Positions 27,812-36,691 are shown, numbered from the stretch's first letter. The stretch is DNA of 64,000 nucleotides from Rhodospirillales bacterium (GCA_003354135.1 PIVK01000016.1:2224-66223); one strand, 5' to 3'. A program made the numbers and translations. The notes: a model not told the origin generated them from the sequence alone.

Positions 27812-28931
27812 CGGTAGCGGGAGGCCATTATGGTTGGTTCTCGAATTAACCTACCGTTGCCCCCTGAAATGCCCGTGGTGCAACAACCCTCTGAATTATG
27901 GTGATTTCAGCAAAGAGGAGCTGACCACGGATGAGTGGAAGCATGTGTTGCGCGAGGCCAGACGGATCGGCAGCTTGCAATTGGGCTTTTCCGGTGGGGA
28001 GCCGCTTCTTCGCCCCGACCTGGAGGAGCTCATGGCGGAAGCCGATGGGCTTGGTTTCTACACCAACCTGATCACTTCGGGGGTGGGACTCACCCGTAAA
28101 CGTCTCGAAGCCCTTAAAAAGGCTGGGCTCAAGCAGATTCAGATCAGTCTCCAGCACAGCGACCCGGTCATCAACAACGCCATGGTCGGCGTCGATTCCT
28201 TCGAAGAAAAGATGGAAGCGATCCGCCACATTAAGGAACTGGGCTTCCCGGTTGTCATGAACGTGCCCATGTCGCGCTTCAACATCGATACGGCCGGCGA
28301 CATGATCGATCTTTGCGAAAAGAGCGGCATCGAGTTCCTGGAACTCGTCAATCTTCAGTACTACAACTGGGCGCTTCTCAACCGGGCCGAACTGCTGCCG
28401 TCCCGCGAGCAATTGGAAGAAGCCGAAGAGAAGGTCATCAAGGCGCGGGAGCGCCTCGGCAACGCCATGACCATCTACTTCGTCGTCCCCGATTATTTCG
28501 ATGGCCGGCCAAAGGCCTGTATGAACGGATGGGGCGCCATCCACATGACCATCGCCCCTGACGGCGCTGTCCTGCCCTGCCAGGAGGCGCGGGTGATCGA
28601 GGGCATGGAATTCCCCAAGGTTACCGAGCACGATCTGGGGTGGATATGGCATGAATCCCCCACTTTCATGAAGTTCCGGGGAAATGAATGGATGAAGGAA
28701 CCCTGTCAAAGCTGCGACGAAAAGGAAAAGGACTTTGGCGGATGCCGATGCCAGTCGTTCGTCCTGACGGGAGACGCGGCCAATACCGATCCCGCATGCA
28801 GCAAGTCCGAGCATTTCAAGATCATTGAATCCTCCGTTGAAAACGCACGCAACCGAATAGGACCGGGACTGCCTCTGGTGATGCGGTCCCGCGGTTCTAT
28901 CGGGTCCGATTTGAAGGCGTTGAGACCGTGA
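27780..28931 (+). CDS. pqqE: PQQ biosynthesis radical SAM protein PqqE
   Basis: A TTG start follows GGAGG. PLWLVLELTYRCPLKCPWCNNP contains the CxxxCxxC motif. The C-terminal SPASM cysteines are present. Confidence 0.9.
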   Translation: MPKDGSELRLDGSGRPLWLVLELTYRCPLKCPWCNNPLNYGDFSKEELTTDEWKHVLREARRIGSLQLGFSGGEPLLRPDLEELMAEADGLGFYTNLITSGVGLTRKRLEALKKAGLKQIQISLQHSDPVINNAMVGVDSFEEKMEAIRHIKELGFPVVMNVPMSRFNIDTAGDMIDLCEKSGIEFLELVNLQYYNWALLNRAELLPSREQLEEAEEKVIKARERLGNAMTIYFVVPDYFDGRPKACMNGWGAIHMTIAPDGAVLPCQEARVIEGMEFPKVTEHDLGWIWHESPTFMKFRGNEWMKEPCQSCDEKEKDFGGCRCQSFVLTGDAANTDPACSKSEHFKIIESSVENARNRIGPGLPLVMRSRGSIGSDLKALRP

Positions 28932-29062
28932 AGCTGCCCCACGATTCCTTCTCCGGAACGGTGACCACAAGCATGGTGCTGGTGGTTCTGTTTTCCCTAG
29001 CAGCACGGATGTTGGCAACCGGCGATTGAGCCACCCGCCGGAGTGTAGATAAGATCACGGAT

Positions 29063-29563
29063 TTGGATCTGATAGATATTCTTGCGCGGTGGCTGCACAT
29101 CATGGGTGTGGTGGTCTGGGTAGGCCATAACTGGGCCAACGTGGTCACCAATCCTGTCTTCAAAAAGGTCAAGCTTTCAGCGCCGCTGGAGGAAAAGGGC
29201 AAAGTCTTCTCCTCTGCGCTGAAGCGGGAGCATGGTATTTTCCGCTATGCTTCGCTGGTAACCGTCGCCACCGGACTGTTCATGCTCTGGAATCGCGGTA
29301 TCCTCGCCGATACGCTGCTTTTATCGAAAGAGTGGGCGGTTCTGGGCTTGGGAGTGTGGGCAGGGGTATTCATGGTGCTCAATCTGTGGTTTGTCCTGTG
29401 GCCCCATCAAAAGAAGGTTCTCGGTTTCATCCCGGCGCCCGACGACGAGCGGATTCGCTGTTCGCGCATTACCTTTCTTTCTTCGCGCACCAACACGATG
29501 CTGTCGTTTCCAACCATATTCCTGATGGTTGCCGGGGCTCACGGCGCTTTCTTGTTTCACTAG
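29063..29563 (+). CDS. integral membrane protein (4 TM, unknown function)
   Basis: TTG start. Hydrophobic segments include WLHIMGVVVWVGHNWANV, LVTVATGLFMLW, LGLGVWAGVFMVLNLWFVLW and FPTIFLMVAGAHGAFLF. Confidence 0.55.
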   Translation: MDLIDILARWLHIMGVVVWVGHNWANVVTNPVFKKVKLSAPLEEKGKVFSSALKREHGIFRYASLVTVATGLFMLWNRGILADTLLLSKEWAVLGLGVWAGVFMVLNLWFVLWPHQKKVLGFIPAPDDERIRCSRITFLSSRTNTMLSFPTIFLMVAGAHGAFLFH

Positions 29564-29630
29564 AGCGACTCTATTCACGTGAGAATTCGGCGCCACGAAG
29601 TGGCTTCGATTTCTCACGATCCGCTCTAGT
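29559..29630 (+). other. 72-nt three-tier imperfect hairpin between the membrane-protein gene and serC
   Basis: The outer stem is ACTAGAGCG/CGCTCTAGT. The middle stem is CGTGAGAA/TTCTCACG. The inner stem is GCCAC/GTGGC. No T-tract follows. Confidence 0.55.
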
Positions 29631-29678
29631 AGTGTATTAAAATCGCTTGAGTGCTTTTCTTGAAGGAAAGGGACGTTC

Positions 29679-30764
29679 ATGGCGACTTTTAATTTTGCCG
29701 CCGGTCCCGCGGCCCTGCCCGGCCCGGTTCTAAAGACGATTCAAGGCGAGATTTTGGACTGGCGGGAAACAGGCCAATCGGTTCTTGAGATGCCCTTTAC
29801 CGGCGAGGCCTTCGCGTGCATCCTCGGAGAGACCGAAGCCGACCTGCGTCAACTCCTGGATATTCCGGAAAACTATTGCGTCCTGTTCATGCAGGGAGGC
29901 GCCTATGGCCATTCCGCTCTGGTTCCCCTGAACTTGTTCAAGCACCGTTCAAGGGCGGATTATGTGGAAACCGGCCACTGGTCCAAACGGGCGATTGGCG
30001 AAGCCAGGCGTTACGGAACCGTCTCCATCGCCGCCAGCGGCGCAGATTGCGACTTTACCCGAATTCCTCCGAGGGAGACGTGGCGACTGGACCCCGAAGC
30101 CGCATACTGCCATATCACCACCAACGAAACCGGCGAGGGGCTTCAGTTTCATTGGCTGCCCGATATCGGGGACGTGCCGTTGGTGGCAGACATGACCTCC
30201 GACTTCCTGTCACGGCCCCTGGACGTATCCCGGTTCGGATTGATCTATCTTAGCGCCCAGAAAAACGTTGGGACGTCTGGATTGACGCTGGTGATCGCCC
30301 GCCAGGATTTGTTGGATGGGGCTCTTCCCGAGACGCCCGCGGTTTTCGATTACGCCCGGCAAGCGAAGAACAACTCCAAGGTCAACACGCCCCCCACCTT
30401 CCCCGTCTACGTGGCCGGTCTGGTTTTAAAATGGATCAAACAGCAGGGCGGGCTCAAGGAAATGGAACATCGAAACCGGCGCAAGAGCCAGGATCTTTAC
30501 GCCGCCATCGACGGCAGCGGTTTCTATCGCTGCCAGGTTGCCGTTGAGGACCGTTCATGGATGAACGTGTGCTTCAACCTGCCCTCCCCGTCCCTTGAGG
30601 ACGCGTTCCTTGCCGCCGCTGAGGCCAGGGGGCTGCTTAATCTCAAGGGTCATTCGGCCATCGGCGGCATTCGCGCCAGTCTCTACAACGCCATCCCCCA
30701 GGAAGCCGTCGAGGCCTTGATCGCTTTTATGGACGGCTTCGCCCAAGAACCGGCCGGCGGCTGA
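29679..30764 (+). CDS. serC: phosphoserine aminotransferase
   Basis: The N-terminus FNFAAGPAALPGPVL and the segment SAQKNVGTSGLTLVI (PLP lysine region) are typical of SerC. Confidence 0.9.
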   Translation: MATFNFAAGPAALPGPVLKTIQGEILDWRETGQSVLEMPFTGEAFACILGETEADLRQLLDIPENYCVLFMQGGAYGHSALVPLNLFKHRSRADYVETGHWSKRAIGEARRYGTVSIAASGADCDFTRIPPRETWRLDPEAAYCHITTNETGEGLQFHWLPDIGDVPLVADMTSDFLSRPLDVSRFGLIYLSAQKNVGTSGLTLVIARQDLLDGALPETPAVFDYARQAKNNSKVNTPPTFPVYVAGLVLKWIKQQGGLKEMEHRNRRKSQDLYAAIDGSGFYRCQVAVEDRSWMNVCFNLPSPSLEDAFLAAAEARGLLNLKGHSAIGGIRASLYNAIPQEAVEALIAFMDGFAQEPAGG

Positions 30765-30767
30765 GGC

Positions 30768-31604
30768 GTGCTCGTGCGGTCCCCACTTCAATTGGCCCGG
30801 AAATTTGCCACCCTGCGTCTTGAACTTCTCTGCCGGACGGCAAAACTGTTTGGGCGGAACCGTCCAATCCCGGAACGTCCGGTCGAAGTCATGGGGTTGC
30901 GGTTTCCAAATCCACTCGGTCTTGCCGCCGGCGTCGATAAAACCGGCGCATTAACGCATCTTCTCGACGCCGCCGGGGTCGGTTCTCTGGAGGTGGGAAC
31001 GCTAAATCCGGACAGTCCCATGCATTCCGTCGCCCGGCGAGACGGGAATGGACCGTTGCTCGGCGTCAATATCGGCTGCCGTCCAGGCAGCATGGGACCA
31101 CAGGCTGTGGATGAAATCGTTGATATGATGGACGTTTTCTGGGAATCGGCTGATTATCTGGCGGTCAACCTGAGCTCGCCCTTTCATCGCCAGGCCGGGA
31201 TGATCGCCGATGCCACATGGCTCGGCGAACTGTTTGCCCGTGTGAAATCCCAACAGGAGCGTTTGATCTCCCTCCATGGACGGCGGGTTCCCGTTGCCGC
31301 AAAGGTTTTGATCGAGCCCCCTTTTCCGTCCCTGCCCCTGGCCATGGCGAGGGATGCCGGGCTCGATGGAATTGTCGGGGTGACCTTGCCTGGAACAGAT
31401 GAAACATGTTCCGCGGAACGTGTCGCCTCCTGGTTGGCGCCTGTTCCGTTGATCTCGGTCGGCGGCATTCATGACGCGGTGGAGGCGCGCCGACGTCTTG
31501 ACGGGGGATCAGCCCTGGTTCAGGTCTATTCACTGGTCATGACGGGCGGCCCGGCGAGGGTCCGGGCCTTGGCCAGAGACTTATGCGGAGTTACGGAAGA
31601 ATGA
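30768..31604 (+). CDS. short dihydroorotate dehydrogenase-family protein (278 aa)
   Basis: It has RFPNPLGLAAGVDK, NLSSP and SVGGI...ALVQVYS motifs. Relative to ~340-aa class-2 PyrD, it lacks the segment between GT(L)NP and the GVNIG strand. Confidence 0.6.
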   Translation: MLVRSPLQLARKFATLRLELLCRTAKLFGRNRPIPERPVEVMGLRFPNPLGLAAGVDKTGALTHLLDAAGVGSLEVGTLNPDSPMHSVARRDGNGPLLGVNIGCRPGSMGPQAVDEIVDMMDVFWESADYLAVNLSSPFHRQAGMIADATWLGELFARVKSQQERLISLHGRRVPVAAKVLIEPPFPSLPLAMARDAGLDGIVGVTLPGTDETCSAERVASWLAPVPLISVGGIHDAVEARRRLDGGSALVQVYSLVMTGGPARVRALARDLCGVTEE

Positions 31605-32803
31605 GCCAAACCGTAATCGGCTTGATCGTGGTTGTTTTTCTGGTGGTGCTGGGTCAGGTGTGGCTGGTGCGGCGCCAGGCAATGCACTTGCGCCGGCAAA
31701 AAGGACAAGGTTCAGACCGTTCAAACGGGGATATGACCCCAGACTACGCCATTGCCCGCACGTGGCTGGTCGCATGGAGAGCGGCGCTGGGTGGAGCCGT
31801 GTTCCTGGCATGGACCGCCGGCGGCGGTCTCGACGCCTTTACGCGATGGAGCGCGGGGTGGGACTTCCCCCCCCTTGTCCATGATGTCGGCATGATCGTC
31901 GCCGTAGCCCTGTCGTGGGAAACGGTTCAGTGGACTGTCGGGGGCTACGGCCGTTTCGGTATCGAACGGCGGTTCGGGTTCAATCGGACGACCCCTTTAT
32001 TGTTCCTTGCCGACACCCTGTCCAAGGCCGGCCTTCTTGTCGGTTTGACCACCGGTCTTGCCGCCGCCGTTCTGATGACCGGCGGATCCTGGTTTGCCGC
32101 CTGGGCTTTTTGGACGGGGTTCGTCCTGTTGGGAACCTGGGTCTATCCGGCCCTGATCGCCCCCATGTTCAACCGTTTCACGCCGCTTCCGCCGGGTGAA
32201 TTGGCAAGCGGACTCGAGACCTTGGCCGAGCGTTGCGGAGTCAGCTTGCGCCAGGTGTTGATCATGGACGGCTCACGCCGCTCCACCCACGGCAACGCCA
32301 ACGCAAACGGCTTTGGCAGAACCAGAAGGATCGTTTTACTGGACACCTTGGTGGATCTCCTGACCCCCGGCGAGACGGTAGCGGTGGCCGCCCACGAACT
32401 GGGCCACCTCGAGCACCATCACGTAACCAAGTATCACTTCTTGGTTGCCGCTGTTTCCCTGATCTGGATCACCGCCTTCGGATGGGCGGTGGACCGCGCC
32501 GGTTTGCTTGACGGCATCGTCCGGGGAGAACCGGACTTTGCCACGGCCTTGGCTGTTCTGGTGGCAGCGACACCCGTATTTTCCGTCTTCATAAAGCCCC
32601 TCATGGGATTTTTCATCCGCCGCTTCGAGTTCGAGGCCGATCATTTCACCGCCCGCCATGCCGATGGCGAGGCTCTTCGCCGGGCTCTGCTCAAACTCCA
32701 TCAGCGCAACGCAACGCCGCACACCGCGGATCCCTTGTATGCCGCTGTTTATCAATCTCATCCTCAACTGGATATCCGTCTGGCCCGATTGGAGACGCTT
32801 TAA
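31601..32803 (+). CDS. M48 (Ste24-type) zinc metallopeptidase, membrane-bound
   Basis: It has multi-TM segments and the HELGH motif (AAHELGHLEHHH). The start ATG overlaps the upstream stop in an ATGA. Confidence 0.8.
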   Translation: MSQTVIGLIVVVFLVVLGQVWLVRRQAMHLRRQKGQGSDRSNGDMTPDYAIARTWLVAWRAALGGAVFLAWTAGGGLDAFTRWSAGWDFPPLVHDVGMIVAVALSWETVQWTVGGYGRFGIERRFGFNRTTPLLFLADTLSKAGLLVGLTTGLAAAVLMTGGSWFAAWAFWTGFVLLGTWVYPALIAPMFNRFTPLPPGELASGLETLAERCGVSLRQVLIMDGSRRSTHGNANANGFGRTRRIVLLDTLVDLLTPGETVAVAAHELGHLEHHHVTKYHFLVAAVSLIWITAFGWAVDRAGLLDGIVRGEPDFATALAVLVAATPVFSVFIKPLMGFFIRRFEFEADHFTARHADGEALRRALLKLHQRNATPHTADPLYAAVYQSHPQLDIRLARLETL

Positions 32804-32834
32804 GCACGGTTCGGAGTGATGTATCCTGTCCGCC

Positions 32835-33578
32835 ATGCAACTCCAGTTCCTTACATGGCCGGACGTCGAGGCCTACCTGAAACACTCGCAAGGCATTATC
32901 CTGCCTATCGGCTCCAACGAACAGCATGGCCCCAACGGCCTCATCGGCACCGACTCCCTTTGCGCCGACGCCATCGCGCGTGCCGCCGGAGAAAACCTTG
33001 AGGCCGTAGTGGCGCCGCCCCTCGCCGTTGGCATGGCGGAGCATCACATGGCATTTCCGGGAACCATAACCTTGCGGCCATCGACATTGCTCTCGGTTAT
33101 CGTTGATTGCGTGTTGTCCTTGTCATCGCACGGTTTCCGCCGTTTCCTATTCATCAATGGGCACGGCGGCAACACACCGACGCTCAAGGCCGCGGTCTCG
33201 GAGATTTACGGCGAGGTCCGGCGGCAGAAAAAAGACGGGGATCCAGACATCCGATGCGAGATGATCAATTGGTACGAGACGGAACCGGTTCGAAAGCTCC
33301 GGGAGGAACTCTTCGGCGATCGCGAGGGCAGCCACGCTACGCCGAGCGAGATTGCCATCACCCATCACCTTTATCCCGATCATATCAGGACGGCGAAAGT
33401 TGATACGCTCCTTGCTCCGGGAGGACCGTTCCATTCCGCATCCGATCTGCGAAGCCGCTATCCCGACGGCAGCATCGGATCCGACAGCTCCCTGGCAACG
33501 ATCGAAAACGGCGCCCTTCTATTCAATGCTGCGGTTGATGGAATTTCCAAGGCTTATGCTGAATTTTTGAAGCCGTAA
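32835..33578 (+). CDS. creatininase-family amidohydrolase (ArfB-like formamide hydrolase candidate)
   Basis: GIILPIGSNEQHGPNGLIGTD and GSHATPSE are creatinine-amidohydrolase family motifs. Confidence 0.75.
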   Translation: MQLQFLTWPDVEAYLKHSQGIILPIGSNEQHGPNGLIGTDSLCADAIARAAGENLEAVVAPPLAVGMAEHHMAFPGTITLRPSTLLSVIVDCVLSLSSHGFRRFLFINGHGGNTPTLKAAVSEIYGEVRRQKKDGDPDIRCEMINWYETEPVRKLREELFGDREGSHATPSEIAITHHLYPDHIRTAKVDTLLAPGGPFHSASDLRSRYPDGSIGSDSSLATIENGALLFNAAVDGISKAYAEFLKP

Positions 33579-33586
33579 GACCCCAT

Positions 33587-33634
33587 GTCCTATTCGGACA
33601 TAGGGTCTAAGTCCTATTCGGACATAGGGTCTAA
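33587..33634. repeat. perfect 24-bp tandem duplication forming hairpins between convergent genes
   Basis: The unit GTCCTATTCGGACATAGGGTCTAA occurs at 33587-33610 and again at 33611-33634. The first copy lies within the palindrome AGACCCCATGTCC-TATTC-GGACATAGGGTCT. Confidence 0.85.
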
Positions 33635-33636
33635 GA

Positions 33637-34221
33637 TTATTTGGAGATCGGGAGAGCCAGCGGGACTGGACTATTGGGTTCAAGAGGCAGCCCCTCCGCT
33701 TCCCAACCATCGGTGCCATCGGGATACCAATATACCGACGTGTAACCATAGGCAGCGGCGCGTTTGGCGGCATTCCAGGACATCCAGCACTTGGGCAAGC
33801 AGTATATAACCAGCGCACGCCCTCTATTCCCGTCTGTGGCCTTTGCCAAATTTTTCCGAAAGTACAGGTCCACGGAATCGGAAAGCTTTCCAGAGCCGAC
33901 TTCCGGCAACCACACACTGCCTGGGATGTCGTGGCGGGCAATGGGAAGCCAGGGGGCGCCGGGCCTCATTCCCTCGGGCTTGCGATGTGTCGGAAGAACA
34001 TCGATCAGAACCGGTTTTCCGGTCTCCACCATGGCCGCCAATTGCCGGGTGGTGACGGTAACCGCCCCAGCGGCGGCATCTGGAACCGGAGCCCGGTAAT
34101 TCCCCAAACGGTAGCCCGCCGGCTCCACGATTTTCTCTCCGGCTCCGGCGGTGTTTCCCAGGCTGAACATTAATTCCGCGACAAGGAGAGCGACAAGGAA
34201 AGGACCACGCGTTTCGATCAT
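33637..34221 (-). CDS. rhodanese-like periplasmic protein (PQQ-associated CXXCW-type family)
   Basis: The internal ATG at 34221 gives a signal peptide, MIETRGPFLVALLVAELMFSLGNTAGA. The loop is VIYCLPKCWMSWNAAKR. Confidence 0.65.
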   Translation of the reverse strand: MIETRGPFLVALLVAELMFSLGNTAGAGEKIVEPAGYRLGNYRAPVPDAAAGAVTVTTRQLAAMVETGKPVLIDVLPTHRKPEGMRPGAPWLPIARHDIPGSVWLPEVGSGKLSDSVDLYFRKNLAKATDGNRGRALVIYCLPKCWMSWNAAKRAAAYGYTSVYWYPDGTDGWEAEGLPLEPNSPVPLALPISK

Positions 34222-34317
34222 AATGTCCTCATGGAATAACGATACGCCAACCGACTGGACAGATATTCCGCCGCCCCCGATAATAGTCTTAAGTGGGAAA
34301 CGCGGAGAAGAGAGAAA

Positions 34318-35259
34318 ATGACCGGCATGGCGCGGGTGGCCTGGGCTGCCGTAATTGCGTTGACCCTGGTGGCGGAACTTGCCGTATCGCCTCGGGTGAT
34401 GGCCTCGGGACTGCCGGTGGACGAAGTGGCGCAAGGGGTCTTTGTCCATCGGGGTGTTCACGAGGACGCCTCAAACGCCAACCTGGGGGACATCGCCAAC
34501 ATCGGCTTCATCGTCGGCGGGAAGGCGGTGGCGGTTATCGATCCCGGAGGGAGTCCGCGGGTGGGAGGGTTATTGCGCGAGACGGTGCGCAGCTTTACCG
34601 ACAAGCCAATCCGCTATCTGATCCTCACCCACGCTCATCCCTATCATGTTTTCGGGGCTTCGGCCTTTGCTGCCGACAAACCGCGCATCTTCGGCCACGC
34701 CAAGCTGCCCTCCGCGATAGCCCGCCGGAGCGCCTACTACATCAGCACCTTTACCGGCATCCTCGGCGTTGAGGCCAAGGCATTGAAGCCTCCCGCGGTC
34801 ACCGACACGGTATCGGACAGACTGGAGCTGGATTTAGGAGGGCGGACCCTGGTGCTGCGCGCTCACCCCACCGCCCATACCGACCACGACCTCACGGTCT
34901 TTGACACCCAGACACAAACCTTGTGGGCGTCCGACTTGTTGTTTCGTGAAAGGATTCCGGTGGTCGATGGCAGCATCAAGGGCTGGTTGCGGGTAGGGGA
35001 GCATCTGAGCACTATCAGCGCACAGCGGGTGGTGCCCGGCCACGGTCCCGTAAGCGCCGACTGGCCGGAAGCGCTGGCGGATCAGCGCCGTTACCTGGAA
35101 ATTCTGGTTCGCGATGTCCGTGCCGTTCTTAAAGCGAACGGCACCTTGGAATCGGCGGTAGCCACGGTGGGCGAGGAGGAGCGGCCCCATTGGCTTCTGT
35201 TCGACGACTATAACAAGCGCAACGTCACTGCCAGTTTCGTTGAGTTGGAATGGGAGTAA
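34318..35259 (+). CDS. metallo-beta-lactamase-fold hydrolase (quinoprotein-associated)
   Basis: A signal peptide is present. The motif is THAHPYH, a variant of HxHxDH with Tyr in place of Asp. Later His residues occur in AHTDHD and PGHGP. Confidence 0.75.
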   Translation: MTGMARVAWAAVIALTLVAELAVSPRVMASGLPVDEVAQGVFVHRGVHEDASNANLGDIANIGFIVGGKAVAVIDPGGSPRVGGLLRETVRSFTDKPIRYLILTHAHPYHVFGASAFAADKPRIFGHAKLPSAIARRSAYYISTFTGILGVEAKALKPPAVTDTVSDRLELDLGGRTLVLRAHPTAHTDHDLTVFDTQTQTLWASDLLFRERIPVVDGSIKGWLRVGEHLSTISAQRVVPGHGPVSADWPEALADQRRYLEILVRDVRAVLKANGTLESAVATVGEEERPHWLLFDDYNKRNVTASFVELEWE

Positions 35260-35338
35260 GCGGATGCTGAAACAGGCTTTTAAAGCATTGTTCGGAAACA
35301 CCATAAAAAACCGCATGCGACAGGAAAGGGGGCAGATA

Positions 35339-36229
35339 ATGATTAATTCGAGATCCGGATTGGGGGCGATGACGGCGCTGATCCTGGGACTGGCGACGAT
35401 TTTCAGCGCCGGCGCGATGGCCGGCGAACAGGACGAGCGGGATGAGTCGCGCTGGCCGGCCATTCGCGATTTCATTTTCTATGAGAATCAGAACATCCAG
35501 GACGGGTCCGAAGTCATCGATTTGGGGGTGCCCTATCGCGCCCTTGACGCGGCGGTCGTCCCGGTGACCATGAAGGCCCTGTTTCCTCAGACCAAGGAAC
35601 GCTTCATCAAGACTCTGTACCTGATCATCGACAACAACCCCTCTCCCCTGGGAGGAATGTACAAATTCAACGGCAAGAACGGCGACGCCTCCATCACCAC
35701 ACGCGTGCGCGTCAACGACTACACCTACGTTAGGGCCATAGCCGAGACCAACGACGGCAAGGTTTACATGGTGAAGCGCTACGTCAAGGCCTCGGGCGGT
35801 TGCGCTGCGCCGGTCGCCAAGGATCAGGAAGCCGCCAAGGCTAATATCGGACGGATGAAGCTAAAACTGCCCGAACGAATTGTGGCGGGGCAAACGACCG
35901 TCGCCCAAATCCTGGTCAGCCACCCCAACAACTCCGGCTTCCAGGCGGACCCCATCACCCTTCTCTCTATCCCGTCCTATTACATGAAACGGATGGAGGT
36001 GACCTATAACGGCGACACGGTGTTCACCCTCGACACGGACATCTCAATGAGCACCGACCCCAGCGTTCACTTCTCGTTTGTCCCCAAGGACAAGGGTGAG
36101 ATCAAGGTTCGGGTGATAGACTCAAAAGAGAAGGTGTTCGTTAAGAAATGGAAGATCAATCCGGTCCCGGATAATCAATGCAGCACACCCCGAACCGCGG
36201 AAAAGAAAACTCAGTGCGTGGAAGGGTAA
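35339..36229 (+). CDS. fused SoxY-SoxZ-like carrier protein (quinoprotein dehydrogenase-associated)
   Basis: ATG 35339 follows AAGGGGG. A signal peptide is present. An internal KASGGCAAP (SoxY-type GGC) is followed by a SoxZ-like half (ILVSHPNNSGFQ). Confidence 0.65.
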   Translation: MINSRSGLGAMTALILGLATIFSAGAMAGEQDERDESRWPAIRDFIFYENQNIQDGSEVIDLGVPYRALDAAVVPVTMKALFPQTKERFIKTLYLIIDNNPSPLGGMYKFNGKNGDASITTRVRVNDYTYVRAIAETNDGKVYMVKRYVKASGGCAAPVAKDQEAAKANIGRMKLKLPERIVAGQTTVAQILVSHPNNSGFQADPITLLSIPSYYMKRMEVTYNGDTVFTLDTDISMSTDPSVHFSFVPKDKGEIKVRVIDSKEKVFVKKWKINPVPDNQCSTPRTAEKKTQCVEG

Positions 36230-36239
36230 CGCCGTCCCC

Positions 36240-36527
36240 GTCGTCCGGTGGGGGCAGTGTGACGGTCGTGCCGGATGACTGAAGGCACAGCCCCCCCACG
36301 TATTGTGCCGCGAAGTCGTGCCACCAGCAGAAAACAGGTGGCAATGCCTGCCCCACCTCTCCCGCCCCCAGCCACATCAGGCCATGTCCGGAACCTTGGG
36401 CAAAGGCATCCACAAGCCGCGCCGCGATCTTGTCTTCCAGGTCGGGAGAATCCTCGGCTTTTTCGGAAACGAGGTGTCCTTGCGGGGTCAGGCGGAGGCC
36501 CAGGCGGGACACGGTTTTCGGGGGCAT
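36240..36527 (-). pseudogene. N-terminal remnant of an SNF2-like helicase gene
   Basis: ORF 36156..36527 starts MPPKTVSRLGLRLTPQGHLV...GLMWLGAGEVGQALPPVFCWWHDFAAQYV. It then runs into the soxYZ-like 3' end with no helicase domain. Confidence 0.35.
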
Positions 36528-36602
36528 GGCGTTCCCTCACCGTCTTATTTAAGCGGTTTGTCGGCCCGGCGCGCCGTTGGGATAGAGAAGCAGGGAGATC
36601 GA

Positions 36603-36688
36603 CATTTCATTCCGTTTCTGTCCGGCTGGACGACGCATCCCCCCGCTTCCGTCACGGCCAGGACGGCGGCCGCGAAGTCCCAGACCTT
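36603..36688. repeat. 86-bp duplicated fragment of the IMPase-family gene (second copy 38932-39017)
   Basis: 82 of 86 nt are identical to 38932-39017, which is internal to CDS 38715..39644. The two copies are in direct orientation. Confidence 0.9.
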
Positions 36689-36691
36689 TTA

